A stretch of DNA of 64,000 nucleotides from Polyangiaceae bacterium (GTDB lineage Bacteria > Myxococcota_A > Polyangia > Polyangiales > Polyangiaceae), in contig DASQCO010000075.1 of assembly GCA_035634635.1 (NCBI GenBank), positions 3,382-67,381 of the forward strand, in the 5' to 3' direction. The position numbers and the translations under genes are program-made. Shown here piece by piece: positions 51,015-61,433 of this stretch. Within the stretch, counting starts at the first letter, position 1. Each line of letters begins with the position of its first letter. The notes below the pieces were generated by a model. That model saw only the letters and a list, made by a program, of their open reading frames with translations. It had not been told where the DNA came from and ran no database searches.

Positions 51015-52793
51015 TCAGCGAGGACGACGGATGTACATTTCCGGTTGCGGGCTTTGTGGGCGCGGGCCGCGGTTGTCGCGCGGGCCTTGGCCGCCGCTCG
51101 GAGCGCCTTGCGGACGTCCTTGACCGCCACCACCTTGGAACGGGCGGGCGGGGCCGTCGAAGCGGCGTTGCGACGGACCGCGATCGCCGTCGAAGCGACG
51201 TTGCGGACCGCGATCACCGTCGAAGCGCGAAGGCGCATTCTGCGCTTCACGCGGCGCGGCGCGGTCGTCGAAGCGACGTGGCGAGGCGGCGCGATCTTGG
51301 CTCGGAGGAGCGAAGGCACCCGCTTGGAACTCCGGACGCGGACTGCGATTGTCCATCCGCAGTTGCGGACGATTGTCGGGGCGAGGGCCGCGATTGTCGG
51401 GGCGAGGGCCGCGGTTGTCCGCACGCGGACCGCGATTGTCGGGGCGCGGTCCACGGTTATCCGAGCGCGGGCCACGGTTGCCCTGGAAACGCGGGCGAGC
51501 GTCTTCTGCTGGGCGCGCTTCCGACTCGGGGCGAGCGGCTCGCGGGCGCAGATCTTCGGCGCTCGGCTCGGGCGTTTCTAGCCGGCGGATGGGCGTGCGG
51601 GTGAGGCGCTCGATGTCGCGCAAGTAGCCGCGCTCTTCGCGACTGCACAGCGAGATGGCGATGCCGTCCCTACCAGCACGCGCGGTGCGACCAATGCGGT
51701 GCACGTAGCTTTCCGGAATGTTCGGCAAGTCATAATTGACGACGTGGCTGATGCCGTCGACATCGATGCCGCGCGCGGCGATGTCCGTCGCGATCAACAC
51801 CTTGAGCCTCCCTGCGCGGAAGTTATCGAGAGCGCGCTGGCGTGCGCCTTGCGACTTGTTGCCGTGAATGGCCTCGGCAACGATCTCACCGCGCTCCAGC
51901 TCCTTCACCAAACGGTTGGCGCCGTGTTTGGTGCGGGTGAAGACGATCGCGCGATCCATCGCCGGGTCGCGCAGCACTTTTTCGAGCACGCGGCGCTTCT
52001 CGGACGGTTCGATCATGTACACCGATTGATCGATGCGCTCGGCAGTGGATGACACGGGCGCAACGTCGACGCGCACTGGGTCGACCAAAATTTCACGCGA
52101 CAGGCGCTCGATGTCGCTTGGCATCGTGGCCGAGAAAAACAGTGTTTGACGTTGCTTTGGCAGCTTTTGGAGGATGCGCTTCACGTCCGGCAAAAAGCCC
52201 ATGTCGAGCATGCGGTCGGCTTCGTCCAAAACCAAGATCTCGATCTTGTCCAAGAACGCGGCGCCCTGATTCATCAAGTCGAGCAAGCGACCGGGCGTTG
52301 CAACCAGCACGTCCAACCCGCGACCGAGCAGCGAGATTTGCGGCCCCTGTCCGACGCCGCCGAAGATCACCGCGTACTTGAGCGGCGTGCCGCGGCCGTA
52401 GGTGGCGAAGCTGTCGGCGATTTGCGCGGACAGCTCGCGCGTCGGCGAGAGCACGAGCGCGCGCGGGCGACGTGCGTCGCGAGGCGTCTTCGACGCCATC
52501 AGACGCTCGATCATCGGCAGCGCGAATGCCGCAGTCTTACCGGTGCCGGTTTGCGCGCAGCCGAGCAGATCGCGACCTTTGAGGACCTCGGGGATGGCTT
52601 TTTGTTGGATGGGCGTCGGATTGACGTAGCCCTCGGCAGAGAGCGCCTTGAGCACGGCATCGCTCAAGCCCAAGTCAGTAAACGCCACGCCGGAGCCGGA
52701 GACAGTGGCCGCGCTCGAAGGCGTGGCGGCGGAGGCAGCGGTGGCAACAACGTCGGACGAGGCAGAGCCCGCGACGGGATTCGTATTTTGCAA
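51015..52793 (-). CDS. rhlE: DEAD-box RNA helicase RhlE-like (start uncertain)
   Basis: AQTGTGKT, PTREL, DEAD, SAT and HRIGRTAR motifs; C-terminal NRGPRPD repeats. Confidence 0.92.
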   Translation of the reverse strand: MQNTNPVAGSASSDVVATAASAATPSSAATVSGSGVAFTDLGLSDAVLKALSAEGYVNPTPIQQKAIPEVLKGRDLLGCAQTGTGKTAAFALPMIERLMASKTPRDARRPRALVLSPTRELSAQIADSFATYGRGTPLKYAVIFGGVGQGPQISLLGRGLDVLVATPGRLLDLMNQGAAFLDKIEILVLDEADRMLDMGFLPDVKRILQKLPKQRQTLFFSATMPSDIERLSREILVDPVRVDVAPVSSTAERIDQSVYMIEPSEKRRVLEKVLRDPAMDRAIVFTRTKHGANRLVKELERGEIVAEAIHGNKSQGARQRALDNFRAGRLKVLIATDIAARGIDVDGISHVVNYDLPNIPESYVHRIGRTARAGRDGIAISLCSREERGYLRDIERLTRTPIRRLETPEPSAEDLRPRAARPESEARPAEDARPRFQGNRGPRSDNRGPRPDNRGPRADNRGPRPDNRGPRPDNRPQLRMDNRSPRPEFQAGAFAPPSQDRAASPRRFDDRAAPREAQNAPSRFDGDRGPQRRFDGDRGPSQRRFDGPARPFQGGGGQGRPQGAPSGGQGPRDNRGPRPQSPQPEMYIRRPR

Positions 52794-53171
52794 AGTGACC
52801 TTTTTATGGAGAAACCGGTCGTCCAACGGACAGAGCCGGGGTGCGGGGCTCTCCGGCCGGTGCGCCGATGGAATTCGGCTGCCGGCGGGACGCCACGCTT
52901 TCGTTACGATGGGGAGCGCGCGGATTGCTGCTAGAGCGAATTCCGCGTCGCACGACCGCCCTTCGTCGTATGTGAAATTTCGGACTCGAAAGCCGCGGCG
53001 GGCAAGCCCGACCGCTAGGGCGAAAACCGGGGGCAACTGCCCGCGGCGAGGCCGACTCTGACAGATCCACACGAGAGTGCAAGCCTGCCGCAACCCGAAG
53101 CGCGCCGCGTCGCCCGCATCCAAGCTCGCATTCAGCATGAATCCTGCGGTTTGTGGCATGCTGCCGAGCGC

Positions 53172-54596
53172 ATGCAGATCGAGTTGATCGCGACCGCGAG
53201 TGAAGATTCAGCGTTCCTGCCGCGGCTCGGCCTCGGTGTACTCGCTTCGCTCACGCCGCCCGAAGACGAGGTCATCTACACCGACGATCTGGTGAAACCG
53301 TTCGACGTCGAGAAAGACGTCAAGGACGTCGATCTGGTCGGCATCAGCGTGGACAGCAAAACGGCGCGCCGGAGTTACGAGATCGCGTCCGCGTATCGCG
53401 CGCGCGGCGTGAAGGTCGTGCTCGGCGGTATCCACCCGACCGCGGTGCCGGACGAAGCCTCGCGCTTCGCCGACGCGGTCGTGCTGAGCGAAGCCGAAGA
53501 TCTTTGGCCCGAGCTGCTACGCGATTTCAAACGCGGACAGATGAGACCCATCTACAAAGGCGCCCTGCCGGATCTGGGCGGCAAGCCCAACCCGCGGCGT
53601 GACTTGTTCCGTTCCAAAAAGTACATCCCCTTCCAAGTCGTGCAGACCATGCGCGGCTGCCCGTATCCGTGCGAGTTCTGCAGCGTGTCGACCGCCAACG
53701 GCACCACCATGCGCTTTCGTCCGGTTCAAGAAGTGCTCGATGAACTGCGCACGCTGAGCAAGCTGATCCTCTTCGCAGACGACAACGTGATGATCCACCG
53801 CAAATATTCGGCGGAGCTCTTCACGCGCATGATCCCGCTACAAAAGCACTGGATTGGTCAATGCTCGCTGGCCGCCGTGAAGCGCATCGAGAACGTGAAG
53901 CTGATGGCCGAGAGCGGCTGCAAGGCTCTGTTCATCGGCTTCGAGAGCATCGACGACAGCACGTTGCAGCACACCGGAAAACGTCAAAACCGTCCCTCAC
54001 AGTACCGTGAAGTGATGGACATGCTGCACGATCACGGCATCTCCACTTGGGGCAGCTTCGTGTTCGGCTTCGACACGGACGATCGCGAGGTCTTCGATCG
54101 CACGGTCGAGTTCGGCATCGACATGAAGCTGACCATGGCCCTGTACGCCATCCTCACGCCCTATCCCGCGACCAAGCTATATCGACGGCTGAAGGAAGAG
54201 AAACGGCTGACCAACGAGCAGTGGTGGCTCGGTGGCGACCACGACGCGGGTTCGCCCTACTTCACGCCCAGCGGCATGTCGCGCGAAGAACTGCGCGAGG
54301 GCTGGCAACGCGCTTGGCAGCGCTTCTACTCGCCGCGCGCAATTTGGGATCGCTGGACGGTACGCAAAGGCTCGAGCTGGATTCAAACGCTCGGCTACCT
54401 GCCGCTCAACGTGATGCAGAACCGGCTCGTGAAGCACAAGATCGTCGGCGGCGCGCAACGGTTCCGTTCGGCGCGCGATTTCGATCCCATGGCCACCGCC
54501 ATGAGCGCACTTGCGGGCACGGAGGCGCACACCGATCCAGCTAGCGAAGCTCAACCGCTGGTCAAAGGTCGCTCGCTGCGCGTCGTCGGACTTTGA
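53172..54596 (+). CDS. B12-binding-domain radical SAM protein
   Basis: VLGGIHPT, RGCPYPCEFC (CxxxCxxC), DDN and GFES motifs. Confidence 0.9.
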   Translation: MQIELIATASEDSAFLPRLGLGVLASLTPPEDEVIYTDDLVKPFDVEKDVKDVDLVGISVDSKTARRSYEIASAYRARGVKVVLGGIHPTAVPDEASRFADAVVLSEAEDLWPELLRDFKRGQMRPIYKGALPDLGGKPNPRRDLFRSKKYIPFQVVQTMRGCPYPCEFCSVSTANGTTMRFRPVQEVLDELRTLSKLILFADDNVMIHRKYSAELFTRMIPLQKHWIGQCSLAAVKRIENVKLMAESGCKALFIGFESIDDSTLQHTGKRQNRPSQYREVMDMLHDHGISTWGSFVFGFDTDDREVFDRTVEFGIDMKLTMALYAILTPYPATKLYRRLKEEKRLTNEQWWLGGDHDAGSPYFTPSGMSREELREGWQRAWQRFYSPRAIWDRWTVRKGSSWIQTLGYLPLNVMQNRLVKHKIVGGAQRFRSARDFDPMATAMSALAGTEAHTDPASEAQPLVKGRSLRVVGL

Positions 54597-54666
54597 GCGG
54601 CGCTTGCGCTCACCTTGACCGCGACCTTTAGGAAGCTAGACTAACGTCTCTTTTTAGAGACAACCC

Positions 54667-55083
54667 ATGCTTCTTGCTCTCATCGGCGGGGCCTTGATTG
54701 GCCTCAGCGCCTCGCTCTACTGGTCTCTGAACCGCAAAATCGCGGGAATTAGCGGCATTCTTGGCGGCGCTCTGTTCCTTCGCGGTCGCGAGCGCTGGGT
54801 CCGCGTGTTGTTCTTGCTCGGCTTGTTCGGGTCGGGCCTCGGCTTTGCGCGCTTCACGAACCGCGTGCCAGCACCCGACTTGCCGCTGCTCGCCCTCGCT
54901 TTCGCGGGATTATTGGTGGGCTTCGGCACGCGGATGAGCGGCGGTTGTACCTCGGGCCACGGCGTGTGCGGGTTGAGCCGACGCTCGCCGCGTTCGTTCG
55001 TCGCGGTGTTGACGTTCATGGTCACGGCTGGGGTGACCGTGTTCGTGGTTCGTCATCTGCTGAAGCTGTGGGTGCCGACGTGA
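54667..55083 (+). CDS. YeeE/YedE sulfur-transport membrane protein
   Basis: GGALIG, IAGISG and [10 protein letters not shown] motifs. Confidence 0.9.
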   Translation: MLLALIGGALIGLSASLYWSLNRKIAGISGILGGALFLRGRERWVRVLFLLGLFGSGLGFARFTNRVPAPDLPLLALAFAGLLVGFGTRMSGGCTSGHGVCGLSRRSPRSFVAVLTFMVTAGVTVFVVRHLLKLWVPT

Positions 55084-55523
55084 AAGCGCTGTTGACGGCT
55101 TTGGGCTGCGGCGCACTGTTCGGCGCCGGGCTGTGTGTCTCGGGGATGACTGATCCGACGAACGTCACGGCTTTCCTCGACGTCGGCGGGAAATGGTCTC
55201 CCAACCTCGCCGGTGTGATGCTCGGAGCGATCGCGGTGCACTTCGCTTGGTTGCGCTGGCTCGCCCGACGCGACGAGACAAAGCGTGAGGCGCAAGCAAC
55301 GAGCGGAAAGCGCGTGGATCGCGCGCTGGTCAGCGGCGCGCTCTTGTTCGGCATCGGTTGGGGCGTGTCGGGCTACTGCCCGGGTCCAGCGATCGTCTCA
55401 CTTTCCTCGGGTGCCCTTGGGCCGCTCGTGTTCGTGGGCGCTATGGCCGCGGGCGTGGTACTGAACGAGGGGGTTCAATGGACGATCAAACGCTTTGGGA
55501 AGGGTTCGTTGGCTGTTCGTTGA
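55080..55523 (+). CDS. YeeE/YedE partner membrane protein (DUF6691-like)
   Basis: SGMTDP...FLD and [14 protein letters not shown] motifs; GTGA overlap with the upstream gene. Confidence 0.88.
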   Translation: MKALLTALGCGALFGAGLCVSGMTDPTNVTAFLDVGGKWSPNLAGVMLGAIAVHFAWLRWLARRDETKREAQATSGKRVDRALVSGALLFGIGWGVSGYCPGPAIVSLSSGALGPLVFVGAMAAGVVLNEGVQWTIKRFGKGSLAVR

Positions 55524-55888
55524 CCAGCGCGCAGTGGACGCACGAAGCGCATCTGCGAACCGCGTTTCTGCACGCACAGCGGCACTCGTTGGATGAAGCG
55601 CACTTGCGGCTGCGAGCCGGCATCATTCGACTCAACGAGCGGCACGGCTTGGTCGAAACCAGCGCACGCGGCTACTTCGAGACACTGACCCGCGTTTGGC
55701 TCGTGCTCGTCGCGGACGCGCGTGCGCGTTCGGAAGCGGCGGACTCGTATGAACTGCTCGAGCGCTGCCCGGAGCTCTACGATCGCACGTTGCCTTCGCG
55801 GTACTACAGCAAAGAGCTGCTTTCGAGTGTCCGTGCGCGCTCGATCTTCGTTGCTCCGGATCGCGCGCCGCTCCCCGACGTGTCCTGA
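55478..55888 (+). CDS. Conserved hypothetical protein
   Basis: WTHEAHLR, YFETLTRVW, YYSKELL and FVAPD motifs. Confidence 0.7.
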   Translation: MDDQTLWEGFVGCSLTSAQWTHEAHLRTAFLHAQRHSLDEAHLRLRAGIIRLNERHGLVETSARGYFETLTRVWLVLVADARARSEAADSYELLERCPELYDRTLPSRYYSKELLSSVRARSIFVAPDRAPLPDVS

Positions 55889-56117
55889 CCGCGTGCTCGA
55901 AGCGCTACAAATCGACATCGCCCTGTTGCGAAAGAACACACGCTGCAGTGCGTCGGCATCAGTGCGATCGCGGACGAGCTGCTGCTGATTGCCCGAGGAA
56001 ATTGGCACTTTTAGGGACGTTTCGCCCCGCTCGTCAAAAGTACTAAGCGCAAGATGGCGGCCTTTCTTGACGTTGCACGAAAGGGCATCAAAGTTGCAAC
56101 ACGGGGCCGCGGCGACG

Positions 56118-56783
56118 ATGAGAGTTTTCGAGTGCTCACAATGTGGCGTTTCAGCTGGCGGCCACGTCTGGGGCTTCACGCTCCTCGCCACGCAGGGCTG
56201 GGGTGTGGCTGCCGCGACCAATCCGCCGGGCGCCGCCGAGCGCGCTTGGCTTTGTGAAGCTTGCCTCACCCGCGCAGAAAGCTTGGCTCGTGGTTTGGGC
56301 AAACTGTCAGCGCCCAAGCCACAACGCGAGCCCACTCGCGAAGGGGCTCGACTCAAAGTGCTGATCGTCGACGATCATTTGTTGATGTTACGGAGCATGG
56401 TGCGCATGCTCGCCGGCTGCGAGACCATGATCACGACCAGCCCACGTGAGGCATGGTCGGTGCTCCAAAGTACGCATTTCGATGTCGTCGTCTCGGACGT
56501 GATGATGCCGGAAATCAGCGGTCCTGAATTGTACGCGCGCTGCTTCGCCCACTCTCCCGAGCTAGCGCGTCGCTTCATCTTCGCCAGCGCCGATCCCGTC
56601 TTGGCGCAACGCGAGATCGAGCGAACGGCTCAGGCGCTCGGCGTGACGCCATGTCCCCCGCTGCTCGCCAAACCCACCTCGCGCTCCGCGCTGATGTCCG
56701 CAGTAGCCACGGTCGCGCATGGCGCCGCGCACGAATCTGGGACGTACGTGCTGCGCCTCGCGGAGGACGTCTCTTCGCGCTGA
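56118..56783 (+). CDS. Response regulator receiver with N-terminal CxxC...CxxC module
   Basis: VLIVDD, SDVMMP and LAKP motifs; CSQC...CEAC at the N-terminus. Confidence 0.8.
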   Translation: MRVFECSQCGVSAGGHVWGFTLLATQGWGVAAATNPPGAAERAWLCEACLTRAESLARGLGKLSAPKPQREPTREGARLKVLIVDDHLLMLRSMVRMLAGCETMITTSPREAWSVLQSTHFDVVVSDVMMPEISGPELYARCFAHSPELARRFIFASADPVLAQREIERTAQALGVTPCPPLLAKPTSRSALMSAVATVAHGAAHESGTYVLRLAEDVSSR

Positions 56784-56796
56784 GGGTCGACTCCTC

Positions 56797-57951
56797 TCAA
56801 AGCGCTTCGACGCGATACGCCGTGCCCGTCAGCAAATCGCTCAGATAGAGCTTCCCATCGGGTCCAATCGCGATGCCGGACAGCGAGCCCGCGGGCAGCC
56901 CAGTATCGATAGAGCCGACGACGGTGCCGTCGAGTTCGAACCACCAAATGCGGCTGGTCGCGTTGTCGGTCACGATGACTCGATCGGATGCGAGCGCGAT
57001 GCCGCTCGGCGCGCTGAGCGAACCGGGAGCAACGACCTCCTCCAGCGCGACGTTGTCCATCCTTCGGTGAATCGCGATCGGATCGAGGGTGGGCACGTTC
57101 GCGCCGGGAGTGCCACTTGCGGTCGCGAGCCGTAAAATGCGGCCGCCCGCAGTGTCTGCGACGTAGAGCTGTCCTCGGGCGCGATCGAGCGCCAAGTGAC
57201 TCGGCACCTCCGGAACGCGCTGGAGCTGACCTTCGACGTAGCGCGACAATTCGCCGTCGGAGTGATCCTCGCCGCCGATCACGTGCGGTGCGTGAAAGTC
57301 ATAGCGGTCGAGTGCGCCCAGCTTGCCGTTGAACACCCAATACGCATTGTCCCGCTCGTGGGCGATGCCCATGCAAAACGGCGACTCGTGCAGCATGTCG
57401 AGGTGCGTGCCGTTCTGCCCGGGTTGGGGCTTCACGCCGAAGATCGCCGGGTCGGACGACCACAGCACTGGGCCCGAATAGTCGACGTCATCGTCGTCGT
57501 AATTGTCGGTGCGCGCCTCACCACAGGTCGAAAGATTGCCGTTGTCTCCGAACGCGATCGATGTGGGTCGGCGCATGAAGTGCCAGGCGTTGCCGTCCTT
57601 TTTGATGGTCATGCTGGGCGCGTCGGAGGTGGCTCCTTGCACCAGCGCGACTTCACCTTCCAACGCCGCGCAACCACCGGTCGCAGTCTCGAGGCACTGC
57701 TTGTTGCTCGGAACGCGACGCAGCGTCACCCACAGCTCGCCGCTTCGCAGCGGATCGAACGCCAGCGCCGTCGCGGTCCATGTCGGGGGAGCATCGTACA
57801 AAGGCACGAGTACGACGTTCGTGGGCAGCGCAGGAGCGGGCTCAGGCGTCGCAGGAGCCGGCTTGCTCGGGGTATCGAGCGGGGCGGAACTGCAATTCGC
57901 GAGCGTCAGCGCCAGAAGCGCGCTCGACAAACCTCGGACAACGAGCAGCAT
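56797..57951 (-). CDS. Beta-propeller (NHL-like) lipoprotein
   Basis: LANC lipobox; LYVADT, PSGIAL and GIAIGPDGKLY motifs. Confidence 0.75.
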   Translation of the reverse strand: MLLVVRGLSSALLALTLANCSSAPLDTPSKPAPATPEPAPALPTNVVLVPLYDAPPTWTATALAFDPLRSGELWVTLRRVPSNKQCLETATGGCAALEGEVALVQGATSDAPSMTIKKDGNAWHFMRRPTSIAFGDNGNLSTCGEARTDNYDDDDVDYSGPVLWSSDPAIFGVKPQPGQNGTHLDMLHESPFCMGIAHERDNAYWVFNGKLGALDRYDFHAPHVIGGEDHSDGELSRYVEGQLQRVPEVPSHLALDRARGQLYVADTAGGRILRLATASGTPGANVPTLDPIAIHRRMDNVALEEVVAPGSLSAPSGIALASDRVIVTDNATSRIWWFELDGTVVGSIDTGLPAGSLSGIAIGPDGKLYLSDLLTGTAYRVEAL

Positions 57952-58017
57952 CCCGCAAGGGTGAAGCGAGATGTCCAGCCTGTAAAGGCGCATGCACGCT
58001 CGCGGCTCGCCGGCTCT

Positions 58018-58587
58018 TCACGCTTCTTCGCCGTCGAACTCGCCCTCATCCGGCAATTCGTCGAGGCCGATGCCACCGCGGACGGGAATGGCGCGGGCGT
58101 GGCCGACTTTTTCGAGCACCATGGCCAGAGCCGCGCGATCGTCCACCGCCGGCAAGAAGCTGCGCGTGCCATCCCACAGATCGAGCGCGATGTGCGTCGG
58201 CATGTCGAGCACGATGCGGTCGATTTGCGCCCACTTGAAGCGCCGCGCGCGCGGCCAACCGAGCGATGAATCGCGATAGTCGACGCCATCACCACGCACG
58301 CGCACGCCACGCATGTTGGTGCGCAAGAACGATGAGATCGCGCCGACCAAGAGCAGGCCAGCGCAAACTCGCGCGCTCATGAAGCCCTTCACGCCGCGTT
58401 CGACGATGTTCACGTACAGCCAGCTGTTCGACGAGCTATGTTCGGCCGCGATCACAGCGGCCACGCTGGCCAAGGCCAGACCTAGATAGAGCAGCGACGG
58501 GACGCGAGCCGCAAATGGCGGCCCAAACGAGCTCTCGGTCGGGCGATACGTCATATCGAAACCGGGCGGTCGTGATGGGCGAGCCAT
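58018..58587 (-). CDS. Membrane protein with bacterial PH-like domain
   Basis: Two TM helices followed by GVRVRGDGV...FKWAQIDRIV. Confidence 0.6.
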   Translation of the reverse strand: MARPSRPPGFDMTYRPTESSFGPPFAARVPSLLYLGLALASVAAVIAAEHSSSNSWLYVNIVERGVKGFMSARVCAGLLLVGAISSFLRTNMRGVRVRGDGVDYRDSSLGWPRARRFKWAQIDRIVLDMPTHIALDLWDGTRSFLPAVDDRAALAMVLEKVGHARAIPVRGGIGLDELPDEGEFDGEEA

Positions 58588-58844
58588 GTCCATTAAACGT
58601 AACGCCGAGGGCATTCCTTGGAAAGCGCGCGCGAATTGCCACGCTGCGCGGCGCCTCATCGCGTTCTCGTGAGAGCGTCGCTTTGCGCTGCGCGTGTGAA
58701 CGGCGTAGGACCGCACCCGGGGTTCAGTCACCGTGCTCTCGACAGTGTGAGGCTATGAGCTAGGTCGTGGACTGGACCCCGGGTGCGGTCACACGCGCGC
58801 GGCATTTTGCCCAGAACCGTAAGTGCGCTAGGGCGACGGAGCCG

Positions 58845-59411
58845 ATGCCGACTTCAGTTCTTCGCCGTGCTCCTGGATCACCTGCGCTCTTGCCGTCGAT
58901 CGTGCGACGCGAGGCCGACGCAATGCTCGTCGAACTCGACCTCGCGCACGCAGAGCTGAGCGTGCTGTTGACCAACGATGCGCAGATCCATGCGCTGAAC
59001 TTGGAACATCGCGAAAAGGACAAGCCCACCGACGTATTGTCGTTTCCGCTCGATGAAGGCGGCGGCGCAGACGGCTTCGTGAGTGGTACGCGAGTGCTGG
59101 GTGACGTCGTGATCTCGCTCGATACCGCGGCTCGTCAGGCGCGCGGCCGGAAGCGCGAGCTGCTGCCCGAGGTGCGCTTCCTGCTCGCCCATGGCCTGCT
59201 GCACTTGCTCGGCCATGACCACGGCAATCCCGCCGAAAAACGAGTGATGGACGCGATGACCCGGCGTTTGGTGCGGGCAGTTGAGAAGAATTTGCCAAAA
59301 CTGCTGAAAAGCCCCGGACAAAGTCGGAAGCGGAAAATCAAGGGGGCACCGGCCACTGGACCGAAGCGAGCAACAGCGAAACGACGGCCTCGCGCAAGGC
59401 ATGCGAAATGA
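58845..59411 (+). CDS. ybeY: rRNA maturation RNase YbeY
   Basis: DKPTDVLSFP, LGDVVIS and HGLLHLLGHDH motifs. Confidence 0.93.
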   Translation: MPTSVLRRAPGSPALLPSIVRREADAMLVELDLAHAELSVLLTNDAQIHALNLEHREKDKPTDVLSFPLDEGGGADGFVSGTRVLGDVVISLDTAARQARGRKRELLPEVRFLLAHGLLHLLGHDHGNPAEKRVMDAMTRRLVRAVEKNLPKLLKSPGQSRKRKIKGAPATGPKRATAKRRPRARHAK

Positions 59412-59734
59412 TTGCTAAGTCCGCGCTCTGTAACGAAAAACCGGCCCGGTTCCATGCCCTGTTCACGGTCCAGCATGGAACAAGGTAATGGACGAGCGGG
59501 GGTGTTCAAACCGGCCTTCGGGACGCCTTTCCCGGATCCCCCTCCGCCTGCGCCGCGGAAAAAAAGGGATATCCCAAGCCGTTTCCAATTTTTCCCCTTG
59601 AAAGGGCGCTAAGAACCCTGTTATCGCTTCGCCCGTGCCTAGGACGACTGAAACGACGGGTTAAAACCCTGTCGGCGCAGGCGGGTGGGCCGCAGACGGC
59701 CGAAATTTTCTGATTTTTCGACAGGAGGAAGCGC

Positions 59735-60046
59735 ATGGCTGGCAAAAGGTTGACGAAGGCTCAGGTGATCGCCGAGCTCGCAAACGCATCGGATCTCGAC
59801 AAGAAGAGCGTGGGTCGCGTGTTCGAAGGGCTGCAAGAGCTCATCCGCAAGCAACTCTCGGCTCGTGGCCCCGGCGAATTCGTCGTTCCGGGTCTGGTGA
59901 AACTCCGCGTGGTGAAGAAGCCGGCGACCAAAGAGCGCCAGGGCATCAACCCGTTCACCAAAGAGCCGATCACGATCCCGGCGAAGCCCGCGAGCAAGAA
60001 GGTTCGCGCGACGGCTCTCAAGAACCTCAAAGACTTGGTTCAGTGA
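59735..60046 (+). CDS. HU family DNA-binding protein
   Basis: LTKAQVIAELA and RQGINPFTKEPITIPA motifs; AGGAGG RBS. Confidence 0.92.
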   Translation: MAGKRLTKAQVIAELANASDLDKKSVGRVFEGLQELIRKQLSARGPGEFVVPGLVKLRVVKKPATKERQGINPFTKEPITIPAKPASKKVRATALKNLKDLVQ

Positions 60047-60105
60047 GTCACGCGCCGCGCTTCGGTGCGGCTCTCACCCGTTAGCGCCGATCACTCGGCA
60101 CGGCA

Positions 60106-60145
60106 GTCCCCGACTTCGCAAGGAGTTCGGGGACGAGTCGTTTTT
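60106..60145 (+). terminator. Hairpin after the HU gene
   Basis: GTCCCCGA...TCGGGGAC followed by a T-run. Confidence 0.5.
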
Positions 60146-60348
60146 GTGGACTAGTTGTGGAGAAATGCGGCTCCCCCCTGCGCCGCGTCGTTGTGTACGC
60201 AAAGCTGCCGAAGATTCCCCCTTCGTCCGACGAAAATTCGTGAAGGACCGCTCGGGAGGCTGATTTTTTGGGGGTTTTACACGCCCCAGCCGCGCGCCGG
60301 AGCCTCACCCCAGGGCGTGTTCGTGGAGCGTCGGTGACGGGACGCGCG

Positions 60349-61203
60349 TCACCAGTAAATCGTCATCCCGAGGCGCAGCAGGCCGCCACCCGTGGCGTGC
60401 TCTCCGGTATTCGGATCGCGCGGCACCGCATCCGGCGCGTTCCCGTCGTGCTCGTCGATCCGCCCGCGAATGAAACCGATCACGTCGCCGCCGAGCGCAA
60501 TGCGGTGCGAGACGCGCACTTCGAGGCCCAAGCCTGCTTGGCCGCCGAAGTAGTCACGCTTCAACGTGTCGTCAGCGTACGTCACGTCGTCGTGCGAATG
60601 CTGAACGCGAACCCACGCCGAGTTACTGAAGCCCATTCCCACCAAGCCGTAGAACTGCACCACGTCGCGCGGATTGAAGAACAACTGCGTATCGAACAAA
60701 AGTGCGGCTTCGCGATGGAAGTGCTGATCGTACTCGGCGCCGCGCATCACTTCGAAACCGAGGTTGAACGCAAGATGCGGGACCGGGCGATAGCGGAAGC
60801 CGAAACCAAGGCCGCCCATCGCCCGATCATGCTCGGGCTGATTGCCGAGGAGCGCGCCGTCCACATGGAGGTTGAAGCCCCATTCGTGGAAGCCGTGCTT
60901 CTTCTTGGGCTTCTTTTTCTTGGGCAGCGGAGGCGGCTGGATGGGCACCAGGTAGTAACCCGGTGGGTAGCCAGCCGGCCCGTAGACCGGCACCGCCACC
61001 ATCCCTGGGGGTGGGGGCGGAAGCGCCACTGGGGGCGCGGGTTGGGGCGCCGCCGCAGCACTGGGCGGAGGCGAAGCCGGAGGCGCAGTCACGGCATTCG
61101 ATTCACAGAACCAGCCGTCCGGGCACTCCGGGTTCGCGGCCGCCGAAAGTGCTGGGGAAAACGCCACCAGCGCGAAAGACAAAACAAGCACGCGACCCGG
61201 CAT
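60349..61203 (-). CDS. Outer-membrane beta-barrel protein with Pro-rich N-terminus
   Basis: Signal peptide, amphipathic strands and terminal aromatic LGMTIYW. Confidence 0.75.
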   Translation of the reverse strand: MPGRVLVLSFALVAFSPALSAAANPECPDGWFCESNAVTAPPASPPPSAAAAPQPAPPVALPPPPPGMVAVPVYGPAGYPPGYYLVPIQPPPLPKKKKPKKKHGFHEWGFNLHVDGALLGNQPEHDRAMGGLGFGFRYRPVPHLAFNLGFEVMRGAEYDQHFHREAALLFDTQLFFNPRDVVQFYGLVGMGFSNSAWVRVQHSHDDVTYADDTLKRDYFGGQAGLGLEVRVSHRIALGGDVIGFIRGRIDEHDGNAPDAVPRDPNTGEHATGGGLLRLGMTIYW

Positions 61204-61433
61204 CCAGACCATGCTCCTCCGAGCCGAGCGCGGCTCAACGCTAGCGTAGCAACCCGAATGCCACTGAGCCCGTCGGAAAAAGCTCCAAAACCTGCGTCCG
61301 ATCGCGGACTGCGTAAAAATCCGATTACACCCCGGGTGTGGCAGCGCCGACCCATGGTGGTTGGCTTTTCACTGGGTGTGCGCGTTCTCTGAGGCCAGGC
61401 GGGCGGATTCGCATTACACCAGGCGCCGGATTC

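Noticed and set aside
52794-53159. N-terminal extension of rhlE in the ORF track
   Set aside because: It shows no helicase similarity and overlaps the divergent promoter region; it is more likely 5' UTR.
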